Shown here: positions 49,519 through 62,882 of the stretch, in pieces
Position numbering within the stretch: the first letter of the stretch is position 1
Layout: each line of letters starts with the position of its first letter
Origin: Lama guanicoe
Taxonomy: Eukaryota
Assembly: GCA_013239625.1 (NCBI GenBank)
Contig: MU053520.1
Span: forward strand, 400,934 to 464,933
DNA: 64,000 bases
Direction: 5' to 3'
Notes under the pieces: model-generated
What the model was told of the DNA's origin: nothing
Databases searched by the model: none
Seen by the model: the letters and a program-made list of their open reading frames with translations, nothing else
Translations under genes and position numbers: made by a program

Positions 49519-52500
49519 TGAAGGATTGCAAGTTGATTGGTGTGCTCTCTTAAACTGCCCCTCACCTTTCAATAGAGAAGAGTTATATTTCTAAAAGATT
49601 CAGGCACTTTTTCTTGTAACTTACTTACCAGAACCATGAATCTGGTACCATAATGCAAACGAGATTTAGAAAGTAATTATCTGGCTTTTCCCATATTCTA
49701 CAGAGGGAGACAGGCAAGATGACTGTTAGACCATTAGAATCTGTCACATTCTGCTTTTCCACATTTTTTCTTCCCAAAAGAAAATGGCAGGAAAACATTG
49801 TAAAATGTCCAAGTAGCCAAACTCTCCTTTAGCTCTCTGGTATTAGAGAGATACAGTTACTAACATATACAATATCTCAGGAAATAAAACATATAAAAGT
49901 TTCTTTGAATCATATTCTTAAAGCTGCACTCCAGCCAACTGAAAGGTAAAGGATGATGGTTAACAAAAATTGAGATTGAGTCCCAACTCTGCTGGCACTG
50001 TTCAAAGAAACTAATTTACTTAATCCTTACCATACTCTGATGAAGGAGATACTATAATTAACCTTACTTGTGGGTGAGAAAATAGCACAGAAATATTATT
50101 TTTTTTCAAAATCACAAAGCTGTTAAGTGGTAAGGATTCAACCCTAGAAATTTCAGCTCTACAACTTATAATCTTCATCATAAAATTATAATTTTATAAT
50201 AAAAATTGGTGGTGTTCATGAGATGACAAAATGAAAACTAGAAGATTGTTTAATATATTCAGTCTGAACTTCAGAAGACAGGTCTGGGTTGGAGATTCAG
50301 ATTTCAAAATATGGAATTCAAAATGGAATTTCAAAATGTAGATTTCAAAATATGTGTGTGTGGGAAGCTGGTGGCAAGGGGCGTGGAAGGAACACGACGA
50401 GCCAGGAAAAGGGCAGTGGAAGCAATATTGGCAATCTCAGAAAACTGAGGGATGGTCAGAGCAAGTGGCTAGTCAGAAGCTAGATTGTCCCAGAAGAGTA
50501 CCAAAAACCGTATCTGATGGCCTGATAAGACCAGAAGCCAACAACCTGTGGTCACCTAAGATAAAAGTCTGAAAAATCAGGGCACAGGACAAGAATGAAT
50601 GCCAGTGATTACACCACCTTATATTCATGTAGTTCTTTAAGGGTTGTACAGTGTCTGATTCTCTTCCATTTTTTCCCCTCATCTAAATGAGTATGAAATA
50701 CAAAGTAAAAGCAAGTTTTTATTTATTCCAGGAGCTTGTATCTGCTTCTTGTAAGGCAGGAGCCTGATGTTTGCAGGGAGAGATGAGTGAAAATGCTTAT
50801 CTCTACTGCCAAAATAGTGGCTAAACAGGAACAGTTCCAAAAATTGGCTTTTCATCGTAAGAGAGAATTGGCAACATTTAATGTCATTCCGATCTACATA
50901 ACTTTCTGCTGAAGAAAACACTGGAGCTTCTCTAAGTTGTTATTACTATTTCTTTTTTAACTAAATCTTATTTTGAATAAGGATCAGAATCATGCTTTTT
51001 GTTCCCTTAACAATATAACATGATCATTTTTCCATGTCAGTCCATATAATGCTTTCTTCTTAGTGGAATCAGCATTCTTAATTCCTTCTAAAAGTCCTGC
51101 AGGAAAGCCTCTTTCATACCCTGAGTTATGCATTAAGAACTGTAAGAACCATTCAGTTCTCAATGGGCTTGCATTAGGAACACTTTAAAAACTCTCTGGA
51201 CTTCTCTGCCGTGTTTTATTAACATTGACTCAGAGCATTGTATTAGAACGGATTTTATTTTCTCTGTATGTCAATTACATTGACAGACAGTCTGCGGTGA
51301 GTTTCCTAGTAACACCTAGGGGGTGCTTAACGTTTCCTATTTTACTATACCTCAAAATATTGAGAACCTGTTACTAAAAAGTCACTTTTCTTTCTTTTCT
51401 GCTGATTAAGACAATTTTATCCTTAACCTCACCTATAATTTGCCAGATACAATAAGGCTTTAGATTATGCAACCACCAGCTTGGATTTTTAAAGAGCTTC
51501 TTATTTTCCTTCCCCACCCGCCGCCATGGTATTAATACTGAATTATCTGTAGGAGGTGGTTAAAATGTCTTCATTAATTCAATTATGGCTCTTTGTTCTG
51601 TCTACATGAAGCCAAATAACTTTTTTTAAAGCATAAATACTAAATGATTAATTATTGCCTTGCATCATAAATAGAGACTTTGAGGTTTAATTTGGGTTTC
51701 CTGAATGTAGAATAAGGCATAGAATATTGATCTGTACAAATCTGTAAATATTTACCTTGGGGGCGAGTGGAGTGGAGCAATACAACAAGCAACTATTTTG
51801 AAAGTAATATGGAAGTTAAACTGCACATTTGTTCCCTGGTAGTCTTGAGTGTTCCAAGTAGGTATCATCTTTGTTCTTTTCTTTTGCTCTTAGATTCCAC
51901 TCCTGCACAACCAACCTTCCCAATATCCCATTGCAGAACTTATATGTATTTCCCTTTTCTGTTAAATTAATGTCTCTAATAATGTACCCTTCTGCCCTAC
52001 ACTATGAACCATGTTCTTTGGCTAATATACCCATCACTGTGAGTGAGAAAACTCATATCTTAATCTCAAAGGATGAAAGGACATTACAAAAGGAAAAAAA
52101 GGATTATAGAAAAACAAAATGTGTAAGAAGGTACATTTTAAAATATTATTTTATTGGAAATATATGGCACCCTTCACAGTGTTAAAATAAATTATTGCTT
52201 GATCAAAGCTATTTACCCCCATTTTAGTTAGTCTAATCATACTGTGCACAACTCTGAAGCCAGGCTGCAGAGTTTAAGCTTTGTAACTTATCTGTGACTC
52301 ACTTTCCTCCTCTGATAGAACGATTAAGAATTGTGTATTAATCCCATAGTTATTTTATGAGGAATAATATACAACTGGATTATGATATGCAGAGCACTTA
52401 GGACAGTGTCAACTATGCAGTAAGCAGATACTTAATCTTTATTGCATGGAGTTAACATAAAATTGTTTTAATCAGCTTAAACTTCCAGAATAATTTCTTT

Positions 52501-52689
52501 TTCATTTCCAATCTGTATTATTTCAAACCTAACTTGACATTTTTGACCAAAGCAAATATATCTTCTAGTGACTTAATAATTACAAAATGCAGGAGTTACA
52601 CAATGAATGCATCATTGTTTTTCATTTCCACCTTTGTCTCTCAGCAACATTTTTCATCCTTCTCTACATTGCATTATGCAAAAGGATAT

Positions 52690-53060
52690 TGAACACTGTG
52701 AAACAAATCACCAGCATTCCCTCACAAGCTGGCTTCTACTGGTGTTTGGTCAAAGTCGCTAATAGTGGATCAGAAAAGGGCCAGAGAGAGAGGTTGGGAA
52801 TTTCCTCCTCTACTCCTTTTTCTCCTTAGCATTGTCTTTGGCAAGCAGTGGCCCCATCAAGACTAGCACCTCTTCCACAGCCTAAGCTCCTGCTGGTTCC
52901 TTGACACAATTTATTTCATTGTATCTCTTGCCCTACAGGTGAAACCAGTTTATCACAATTGTTGGTTTCACTGAACATCAATATTCACAGCACTACGCAC
53001 ATGAAGTCGTCCCTTTAAATTCTCTTAATTTAAGGTATCTGGGACAAATTATATTTCTAA
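52690..53060 (+). mobile_element. Old ERVL-class LTR (LTR33-like)
   Basis: ctggcttctactggtgtttggtcaa...gagagagaggttgggaattt...aaattctctt resemble the recalled consensus. Confidence 0.4.
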
Positions 53061-53799
53061 TAATCTATTTTAATATAGTTTGAATTGTGTATCTACTTTC
53101 ATATTACACTATCAAAATTTACAGGTAAATAATTTTTAACTGTGTGGACAAATATGCTTTCCAATTTCCAGTAACTGTCTGAAAGGACTTAAAAGGCCAT
53201 GTCTTTTTCCAACCAAACACATTCTTCAAATACAAGTGCTTAATTAATAATATTTATTATGATTTATAGTTATGCATTCAGGTCAGTCAGATAAGGGCAT
53301 ATACCCAACAGTCACAACTAGTCACTGTAATGTCACATAATGAGAGAATAAACCCAGAAATTGGAAAAAGTCTTGTCAGTAGAAGAGAATTCAGTAGGCA
53401 TGGTATTCCATGCATGGTAATCCAGATAGAAGGTTGACATTTGGGAAAATATATATGCATTATAGATAACAAGTGATCAAAGCCTAGGAAGGGTGATAAT
53501 ATTGAAGATGGACAACATTTTATTAAATAGGGGTAAGAAAATAGAAAAGAATCTCTCAGCAGTTCTCATAAGCTTACCCATCAGAATATCACAGACTGAG
53601 ATCTAGTTTCTGGCATAGGGGAAGGAGACTGTTAAAGGGAGGGCAAACACCTCAGCACATATGAAATGTTTGTATTCCAAAGCGAGGAAGGTGGGGAGTG
53701 TAAACAAGACTGGGAGCCACTTTCCAGAGCCAATATTTAAGAATCAAGATTGATCTAAACTATGTCAAGGATTGATTTAACTGTGTTGTACTATCTTAT

Positions 53800-54580
53800 T
53801 TTTCTTTTATTATTTTCTGTTGATGCACATGACAGAGAAAAGTAGCATGCATTTATTTTAAGTGTGAAGTGAAATAAATGATCAAAAAGTGAGTATTTTT
53901 TTTACTACCACCCACCCAAGTCAAGAAATAAAACATTTCCAGCACTCAAGAAACCTCCCTTCTGCCTCTGACAGATCATTACTCACTACAAGGCCTCTAA
54001 TTTCTAATCATAATAATGTTATGTCTGCCTGTTTTTTTAACTTTATAGAAATGCTTTCCTGAAGTACATGTTATTATGTTTTTGTTTCCTCTATTAAATA
54101 TTACATTTGTGATATTCATCCATGGCATTGCCTATGCTGTAGTCCATTTATATTCAGTATTGTGTAATATTCAATTTTATGATTATACTACAATTTAGAC
54201 AGGCACTTTGAAAAACAAAATGAGATCCAAATGCATCATAAGGCTATGAAAAGTTGTTCAATCTCATGAATTATTTGACAAATATTCATTAAAATAACAA
54301 TGATACCAATACAAACTCAACAGAATGTCTTCTTAAAATTTTAAAAAGTCTGACAACACAAAGTCACCACAAGGAAATGGATCAACGTATCCATATTGTC
54401 TGTTTAGTGATTAGTATGTTTTATATGTAGGTGCTGCATATGAAAACTGTGTCATATATGTGTTAGAACACATGCTTTACTATTCTGTGGGTGGCCTTTG
54501 TGCTAATATGTAGTCTAATGAACAAGTGTTTTTAACTTAAACATAGTCCAAATTTTTAAGTTTTTCTTATGGTAAAAAAA
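53800..54580. mobile_element. Patchwork of ancient L1ME fragments in both orientations
   Basis: Minus-strand 3'UTR (ccacccaagtcaagaaataaaacatttccagcact), plus-strand ORF2 piece at ~54200-54390, then a minus-strand piece. Confidence 0.6.
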
Positions 54581-54589
54581 CAAAAGTTG

Positions 54590-54937
54590 TATTCTCAAAT
54601 TTAAGACATAAAGTGGAAAAAATACTATTATTTGGCCCTACATCCAAGCCCTATGCAAATAAACACAGAGCTCATTTAACCGGCACCAATCAGTTATTAA
54701 CAATTCTGCTTCAAATAATTACTTCTGAATGTTAGATAGTCCCTGAAGGCCATGCTTTCTCTGCTCTGTTACTTTTGTTTGTAAAGTCAGCCTGTCCTTG
54801 AATGTTGTGCTTCCCCAGAAAGTCTACAAAAGATTAGCTTTTTGATTTGTTCCACAAAGACAGTTCCTGCTTGTCTGCAATGTAATAAATTCAGCTTGAT
54901 TTCAGATTTCCTTGAGAAGTAATCTTTTCCCTCAGCA
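54590..54937 (+). mobile_element. Possible old LTR 3' portion
   Basis: Octamer ATGCAAAT (~54653), CCAAT (~54687), AATAAA (~54884) and a CA end, in LTR-like order; family not recognised. Confidence 0.3.
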
Positions 54938-55609
54938 AGTCCAGCACTTATTGTGACTTATTTAAGAAATCTGACAGGTATAAAAGTTAGTATTGACTCA
55001 TAATATGGCTAGAAGCAGAGAGAAAGAACAGTTATACTTAGGACCCCTAGACTGATGCGTGACACAAAAGATGCATGTGAGAGCGAGCTCCCCATTTCTA
55101 ATAAACACCAACAAGTTCCTCCTGTAAAATGAAGGATAGATGACATATAACTTGCTCTTCAAACTGAAACACATTTAGACAGACTGGCTACACTACCCAT
55201 AATTACAGTGGGGCCATAAGCATAAACAGGGACTGTCCCTAGAAATCAAAGGGTTATATTCCAACTGATTATAAAATTTTGTCTATGGATTCTTAACCAG
55301 TTTCCTGCTTGTTTTCACCAAGTTGAGTACTTTTTATTAGACTACAGGCAACCCTAATGAATCTGTTTTGCCCCTTCCTCTGGCCTCCATCTCAGTTCTT
55401 AATTACCCTCCTAAGCATGTATCCATATGTGAAAAAACCTGACCATTTTCATCATACCAGGTTTGTAAAGAAGTGTAAATCTCTAACAGGCCAGTAAAAG
55501 AAATATTGATGGTATTTGTGACATAAGGGACTTTTTACTTTGGAAAAATGAATGTTTCAACCTCTTTGTGTAATTGAAGCTCAAACACTACAATTCAGTC
55601 TTAAGTCTT

Positions 55610-55611
55610 TA

Positions 55612-55666
<55 letters not shown>

Positions 55667-55860
55667 CTNNNNNNNNNNNNNNNNNNNNNNNNNNNNNNNN
55701 NNNNNNNNNNNNNNNNNNNNNNNNNNNNNNNNNNNNNNNNNNNNNNNNNNNNNNNNNNNNNNNNNNNNNNNNNNNNNNNNNNNNNNNNNNNNNNNNNNNN
55801 NNNNACACACACACACACACACCTATATATATTTATATATTATATATGTATATTTATATT
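55610..55860. repeat. (TA)n/(CA)n microsatellite spanning an assembly gap (N 55669-55804)
   Basis: Direct reading; both gap flanks contain (ca)n-cct, suggesting overlapping contig ends. Confidence 0.95.
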
Positions 55861-56254
55861 CACATCCTCTTCTCAGGATTGAGAAGGAATATTTGAAAGT
55901 ATTGAGATGGTACTGGAAGGAATTGAGAGGATACTTATACTTTCTTACAGGATGTTGATACTAACAACCTCCCTAGTTCTAGCTTGTAAGTTTTGATTAT
56001 ACTTATTTTTGTATATAATATAATTTGATTATTTTCATTGCTACAGAGTGATGTAACAGACCATTATTTTTAACTAAGTTCTGGGATTTGGTTTGAATGA
56101 AGCTCAGGTTTACAAAATGGAATAGGTCATGCTCTTCAGTTCACGGAATTCTATTTTTTTTTAATAAACACAAAACTTTTCAAATTCTTTATTATTCCTT
56201 TTCTTAGTTTCCAATAGGCATAGGTATCTATGTACTTAAATTATGTCTTTCAGA

Positions 56255-56695
56255 TTACTGACCAGAGTGGTGGCCATACAAGAGCATCACCAAGATGTCC
56301 TTTCAGGAAAATCTGTTGAAGGAAGCAAGGCTGCCACCATCCTGCTGCCACCCTTTTAAGTCCATCATAGTCCTCACACTAAGCCAGATTCCCCCAGGGT
56401 TCTTCCTTCTAGTGGCAGAACACAGAAGGCTATTAAACCTGAACCATTCCCACTTGATGTGGAATTTCTCTAATGGCAGCACCTTTGGCGTGGTGACTCC
56501 CCATCTGCCTATGTTTGGAGAAACGTCTTGCACCATTTTTCATCTCTCTCACCTTTCACAGGAACAGATTTGTGTCACAGTCTGACAGCTGTCCCTGAAG
56601 ACTCCTGCATACCCTTCTCTTAATTTTCACAGATATTTCACCAATAAATACCATACACCTTCAATCCCTTCTCAGATTCTGCTTCTTGGAGTATT
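56255..56695 (+). mobile_element. Old ERVL LTR (LTR16-like)
   Basis: ccaataaata...caatcccttctcagattctgcttcttggag 3'-end pattern. Confidence 0.45.
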
Positions 56696-56799
56696 AGTGA
56701 GAGTGAGAAAGAGAGACTGAAGAGAAAGAGAGAGTGAGAGAGAGATCCTTGAAAAACATTATATTTCATTATGAGCACTTTAATTTCATTATATAAATG

Positions 56800-58400
56800 A
56801 TATTTTACTGTAGATTATTTAGAAACAGTTTTATTTTTCTGCTTAACATTATGTTTTGGGAAGAGATTTATCTCTTTTTATTTTTTTTCTGAGCAATACG
56901 GACTATTCTGCCATAGGAATATATCAGACATAACTTTTCATTCCCCTTTTCATGTATCCCTAAGCTGTTTTCGGTCTTTGCTACCACAAAATATGTCACT
57001 TTAAATATTCTAGTTAGTTTCTTCCAGTGAACTAGTGAAAGAGCTTTTCTAGGCTATTTGAGATGCTGGATGTATAACTAATTATACAAATAATTAATGG
57101 TTTGTAATTTCCATAAATACTACAAGCAGCTTTCCCAAATTGCCATATCCGTTGAAACTACCACCAGCAGTGCAGAGAGCTCTCTTTGGCCACATCTTTA
57201 TTATTATTTGTCTTTATTTCCTTTCCCAATTTTTGCCAGTCTGATGAGTGATATATCAAATTTCATCTCGCTGATTATTAGTGAAGCTGAGAATCTATTC
57301 ATAAATATACTACTAGCCACTTTCAATACCTTTTCTGTGAGTTACTTATTCATACCTTTTATCATTTGTTTTCTACTAAAGTTTGTATTATTTTAACTTT
57401 TTAATTTGAAATTTCAATTTCTCCTTTCAAAGTTAGTCTTTCAAATATGTGTGTGTGTGTCATTTGTGCTTACTATTTGTAACAGATTTATTAAGGTGTA
57501 ATTGGCACACAATATGGTGCACATACTTAAAATGTATAATTTGACAACCATTCACATATGTTTACACCTAGGAAACTATCACCATAATCAATATGATAAA
57601 CATATGTAACTCTCATAAAAAATTCCTTGTCTCTTTGTAACTTTTTTTCCCACTTTTCCCTGCAGTCTTTCACCTTTTATAGTGATCAATTATCCAGCTT
57701 TCTATCATGATAGATTAATTTACATGTTCTTGTCTTTATATTAAAATAAACAATACAACATGTAATTTATTTGGTTGGATTCATTCTCTCAGCATAATTA
57801 TTTAAAGATTTAACCATGGTATAGTGTCTACCAGTTGTTCATGCCTTATTTTCAAGTGGCATCTCACTTATTTCTATATACCAGAGCCTGTTTTTCCATT
57901 CACTCGTTAATTGACATTTGGGTTGTTACCAAATTTTTGCTATCTCAAATAAAGCTGCTCTAAGCATTTCCGGGATACACTTTCATGTATCTTGGATAAA
58001 AACCTTAGAGTGGAATGGCTCTGTCATGTTGTAAGTGCATGTCTAATTTCTTAAGAAACTTGCTAAAATGTTTTCCAAAGTGTTGGTACCATTTTATGGT
58101 TTCACCATCAGTATATAAAACTTAGTATCTCTGCCTATACCCAAAATTTTGTATGATAAGCCTTTTAAAATTTAGCCTTTCTAATTGGTATATACCTCAT
58201 ATTGTAAATTTACATTTTCCTAATTAGTAATCATGTTGAGTATCTATTCATGTGCTTATTTGCAACCTGTATATCTTCTCTGGTCAAGTTATTTTTTTTA
58301 AATGTTTACCCGCCTTTACTGAATTATGTGACTTCTTATCATTGATAATTGGGTATTCTTTAAATAGTCTTATAAGAGTCTTTTATCAGTTTTGCAAATA
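56800..58400 (-). mobile_element. Two old L1 3'-end fragments (~56800-57400 and ~57480-58400)
   Basis: ccaccagcagtgcagagag...ttttgccagtctgatg; ttattaaggtgtaattggcacacaata...gacatttgggttgttacca...tcatgtgcttatttgc. Confidence 0.8.
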
Positions 58401-58814
58401 TCTTTATCATTTATTTATCCCTACCAGTTCCAAATTTATTTTATTCTCTTTCTCTTTTTTGATATCTTTATATTTTTCTTATGATTCCTTCCTGAGATAA
58501 ATACTATTTCATTCAGTGTTGTCATTTTGTTGAGAGTATAGAAGAGTATGTTCATTATATTTCCGAGAATTATATTTCATCTAGAGTAGATTCTCAAATT
58601 CAATTTTTATGTTTTTTGTTTTGTTTTTTTTATTTTTAACAAGATTACCTCAACTTAATAGGTTTAATCAATTTCATCTTTATGCATTTTTTAAGAAACT
58701 ATGGCATACCCATCCAGTTTTACCACTTGCTAAAAAATAAAGTGTGACGGGCATCCATGAGAACTAATTTGGCCAAGAGATTCACTTTTCATAATTAATC
58801 TCAGAGCATTTGAT

Positions 58815-59280
58815 CAAAACTTATTTTTTGACCTGTGATATAGGCATATATAGATCAATGAAACAGAATAAGAGTTCAGAAGGAGACCCAAAGTTATAGA
58901 ATTACTGATTTCAATGAAAGTGCCAAGATGATTTAGTGGACAATAATGTCTTACCACATATTGTTGGGCAATAAGACAATAAAAATATTTTAAATGAAAA
59001 AAAAAAACACCCAAATAGGTAAAAAGACAGAACCTCAATCTATCTAGCTTTGCTCACCACACATAAAAGTATTCATACTGGATTACAGACCAAGATGTAA
59101 AATCTAAAAATACAAACATTTAGAAGAAAATATGTAGTGAATCTCTATAATTTTGAATCATGCATTTTTTAGAAAATTTAACAGGAAATAAATATAAAGT
59201 TTAAAAATGTTGTTGAGCTTTATCAGAATTTTAAAAAGCAGATCTTCAAAAGAGTCTGTTAAGAAAATAAAAGATAGGCA
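58815..59280 (+). mobile_element. Ancient L1 ORF2 fragment, apparently continuing at ~62270-62880
   Basis: atatagatcaatgaaacagaataagag...tgatttcaatgaaagtgccaag...ttagaagaaaata. Confidence 0.75.
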
Positions 59281-59282
59281 GA

Positions 59283-61444
59283 AAGATGAAGATGGTATTG
59301 TAGGAGGATGTGGAACTCACATTCCTCCATGAACACATCAAAAACATCAAAAAACATTTATATGTAGAGAAATTCTCACTGAAAACTAACTGGAGACTGG
59401 CAGGAAGACTCCTATACAACCATGGCTCTAAGAAAGATCCATACAGAATCGGGTAGAAGAGAAGAGAAATGATCAAGTCTGGATCTGTGCCCCTTATGGG
59501 GCACTCAGAGGAAAAGAGAGATTACATGGGTGGAGATCCCCCCTGGGGAATAAGTAGTTCAGTCCACATATTGGGAGAGCCCCAGAGCTGAAATTCAACA
59601 CAGGAAAGATGAGGTATTTGGGGTGTTTGGAGAGCCAGTGGGACTGCAAGAAGCCTGGACTTAGTTCATGAGCAGTACATGCATGCTTGTGTGTTTCTAA
59701 AGCAGGCTGGACAGAACAGATTAAAAACTGCTCCAGTGGCTGGCTGATCTCACACCATCACCCCTGTGCAAACCCCAGCCTGAGCTAAGCAAAGGCTCCA
59801 GCCTTACTTGCTTCACAATGCAACTCTACATTAAGTTAAAAGCTTGGCTGTGAGAAAGAGAGGCAAGTGAGACCTGAAGTGTCATCTGAGCAAGGTGGAG
59901 GCAGCCATTACTGGTGCTTATATAGGCAATGCATCAGAACCAGTCTGGGTCTTGGACCCTGGCTTGACCACCAAACCATGTTCCTAGAACCATGTCAAGT
60001 GTTCATAACACCCTTTCATGGTCCACAACTGCTCCACTCTGGGATGAGGGTGCTGGTGCTAGGAGTGGAGAGAGCACAAACTTAAAGGGAATAGAGCAAG
60101 CACAGACCCAATCCTCAGGGCTTGTGCTCCAGTAATCTGGGACACTATTATGCCCCTAATGGTATGGTGATGGCCACTGAGCATAAGGGGAGCCCTGGCT
60201 CACTCCTGGCTCTGGCCATAACCCCTTCATCTCCAGTCACATCTCCTACCTAGTTAATAGTTGCCAGCATACCCTGAAGAAAGATGTGACTTGTGTTCAT
60301 ATCAAACCGAGCTTTTCCATTAAAGCCACCGGGCACTCACAGACTCTTTAAGAATGCTCCCACACAAGGCACCCCTTCAAGACTGCAACCGGTAACTGGT
60401 ACCTAATTTCACAGAGATAGAGAAAGTTAAGCAAAATGAGAAGACAGGAAAAATTGTCTCAATTGAAAGAGCAAGAGAAAATGCCAGGGGAAATAAAAAG
60501 AAACCGATATAAACAATTTATCAGATAAAGAATTCAATATATTAGTAGTTAAAAACGTAACTGAATTAGGGAAAAGAATAGATGAGTACAGTGAGAATTT
60601 TAATTAGGAACTAGAAAATATAAAAAAGAACCAATCAGAACTGGAGAGTGCAACAGCTTAAATGAAAAACACTACAAGGAATTAATAAGTGATACTGAAG
60701 AATGCATGAATGATCTTAAAGGTAGACTAATAGAAACTACTCGGTCAGAAGAGCAAAAAGAAAAACAAATTTTACTAGATGAGAGCAGCTTAAGGAATCT
60801 CTGGGGCAAGTTCAAATGTACTAATAGTTGCTTTGTAGGGGATCCCAGAAGGAGAAGAGAGAGGGTAGGGAATCAAAAATGTATTTGACAAAATTATGGC
60901 TGAAAACTTTCTAAACCTGAAGAAGGAAACAGATACCCAGGTACAGGAAGCAAAGAGGGGATCCCAAACAAAAAATATTAGCAAACTGAATTCAGCAATA
61001 TTAAAAAAGGTTGTACACCATAATCAAGTGCAATACTTCCAGAGATGCAAGGACGGCTCAGTATTTGCAAATCAATCAACTTGATACAACACATTAATAA
61101 AAAGAAGGATAAAAACCACATTATTATTTCAATAGATGGAGAAAAATTTCAACATGCATTCATGATAAAAACTCTCAAAAAATTTGGTGTAGAAGGAACA
61201 TATCTCAACATAATAAAGGCCAGTCATACTCAACAGTGAAAAGCTGAAAGCCTTTCCTCTAAAATCAGGAAAAAGACAAGGATGCCCACTCTAGCCACTT
61301 CTGTTTAATATAGTATTGGAAGTCCTAGCCCCATCAATCAGACAACAACAACAACAACAACAAAAGGCATCCAAATTGGAAGGGAAGAAATAATACTGTT
61401 ACTATTTACAGATGACGTGATATTATATATAGAAAACCCGAGTC

Positions 61445-61493
<49 letters not shown>

Positions 61494-62265
61494 TACATGA
61501 ATTCAGTAAAGTTTCAGGATGCAAGATTAATGTAAGAAATGTCTCTTTTCTATATACTAACAAATATCCAGGAATAAACTTAACCAAGGGGGTAAAAGAC
61601 CTATGCTCTGAGAACTACAAAACATTGATGAAGGAATTTGAAAATGATACAAAGAATTGAAAAGGTATCCCATGTTCTTGAACTGAAATAATTAATAATG
61701 TTAAAATGTCCATATTACCTAAAGTTGTCTACAAATTTAAAATACTCATAATATTTTTCAGAGAACTAGAACAAATAATCCTAAATTTTATATGGGACCA
61801 CATAAGACTCTGAATTGCCAAACCAATCTTGGAGAAAAAAAACAAGATGGAAGTATCATACTCCTGGACTTCAGAATATTCTATAAACCTTCAAATATTC
61901 TATAAAGTAGTCAAAACACTGTGTTACTGGCACAAAAGCATATATATTATGGAACAGAACACAGAGTCCAGAAATTAACCCACACATTGATCAATTAATC
62001 TATGTCAAAGGAGACAAGGATATACAACGGAGAAAAGACAGTCTGTTTAATAAATGATTTGGGGGAACTGATAGCCATATGCCAGAGAGTGAGATTAAAA
62101 TGTTTTCTCATATAATATACAAAAATAAACTCAAAATGGAATAGAGACCTAAAGTTAACACTTGGAAACATTAAACTCATAGACGAGAACACTGAACATT
62201 CTTTGACATAATCTGTAGCAATATTTTTTGGATCTGTTTCCTAAAGCAAAAGAAATAAAAGCAAA
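59283..62265 (+). mobile_element. L1 with 5'UTR, partial ORF1 and deleted ORF2, no 3' end, nested in an older L1
   Basis: aagatgg start; ORF1 ATG at 60436 (MRRQEKLSQLKEQEK, later MAENFLNLKKETDTQVQEA); jump to ORF2 at ~60970; RT motifs RQGCPL and LFTDD (~61275-61415); (CAA)n at 61343-61363 and (CA)n at 61447-61488. Confidence 0.9.
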
Positions 62266-62269
62266 TGTA

Positions 62270-62882
62270 TTCATATCTAATAACAATTTGATTAAAAAAA
62301 ATGTGAACAAACTCTTCACCAAGAATAGCCAGAGATAGAAAATAAGCACATGGAAAAATGTTCAGCATCAGTAGTCATTAAGGGAATGCAATCAAATGAG
62401 ATTTTACTACTCATTTACTAGAAAGGCTAAAATCAAAATATGACTTAAAGACAGGTTGTACAAAATTTGGGGAAGGATGTGACACAACTGGAAATCCCAT
62501 ACCCTGCTAGGAAAATGCAAAATGTCTTCAACAATAAAAAAGGAACTAACTACTGATGAATGCCACAACATGAATAAATGCCAAAAAAGCAAAGGAATGA
62601 GGCCTAACTCAAAAAGCTACAGTGTTTCCATTTACATGATATCTTGGAAAATGCAAGGTATAAAAACAGGTGTAAGATCATCAGTTGCCAGAGACTTGGC
62701 GTACGGAACGGGGCTGACTACAAAGGAGGATGGGATAATTTTGGTGGGTAACATTTGGTATATTTTAATCATGTTTGTCGTTATACAACTGATTGCATTT
62801 CTTAAATTTCATGGAGCTGTACCACAAAAGAAGACAATACTGATGCAAGTTACATGTCAGTAAGCCTGAATTGAAAAAACAA
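62270..62882 (+). mobile_element. Ancient L1ME-type 3' end
   Basis: aataagcacatggaaaaatgttcagcatc...ccacaacatgaataaat...tttccatttacatga...atcagttgccag. Confidence 0.75.

Noticed and set aside
50299..50354. Four ttcaaaat units with short spacers, superficially CRISPR-like
   Set aside because: Units and spacers are far too short; this is a slippage-type tandem repeat in mammalian DNA.
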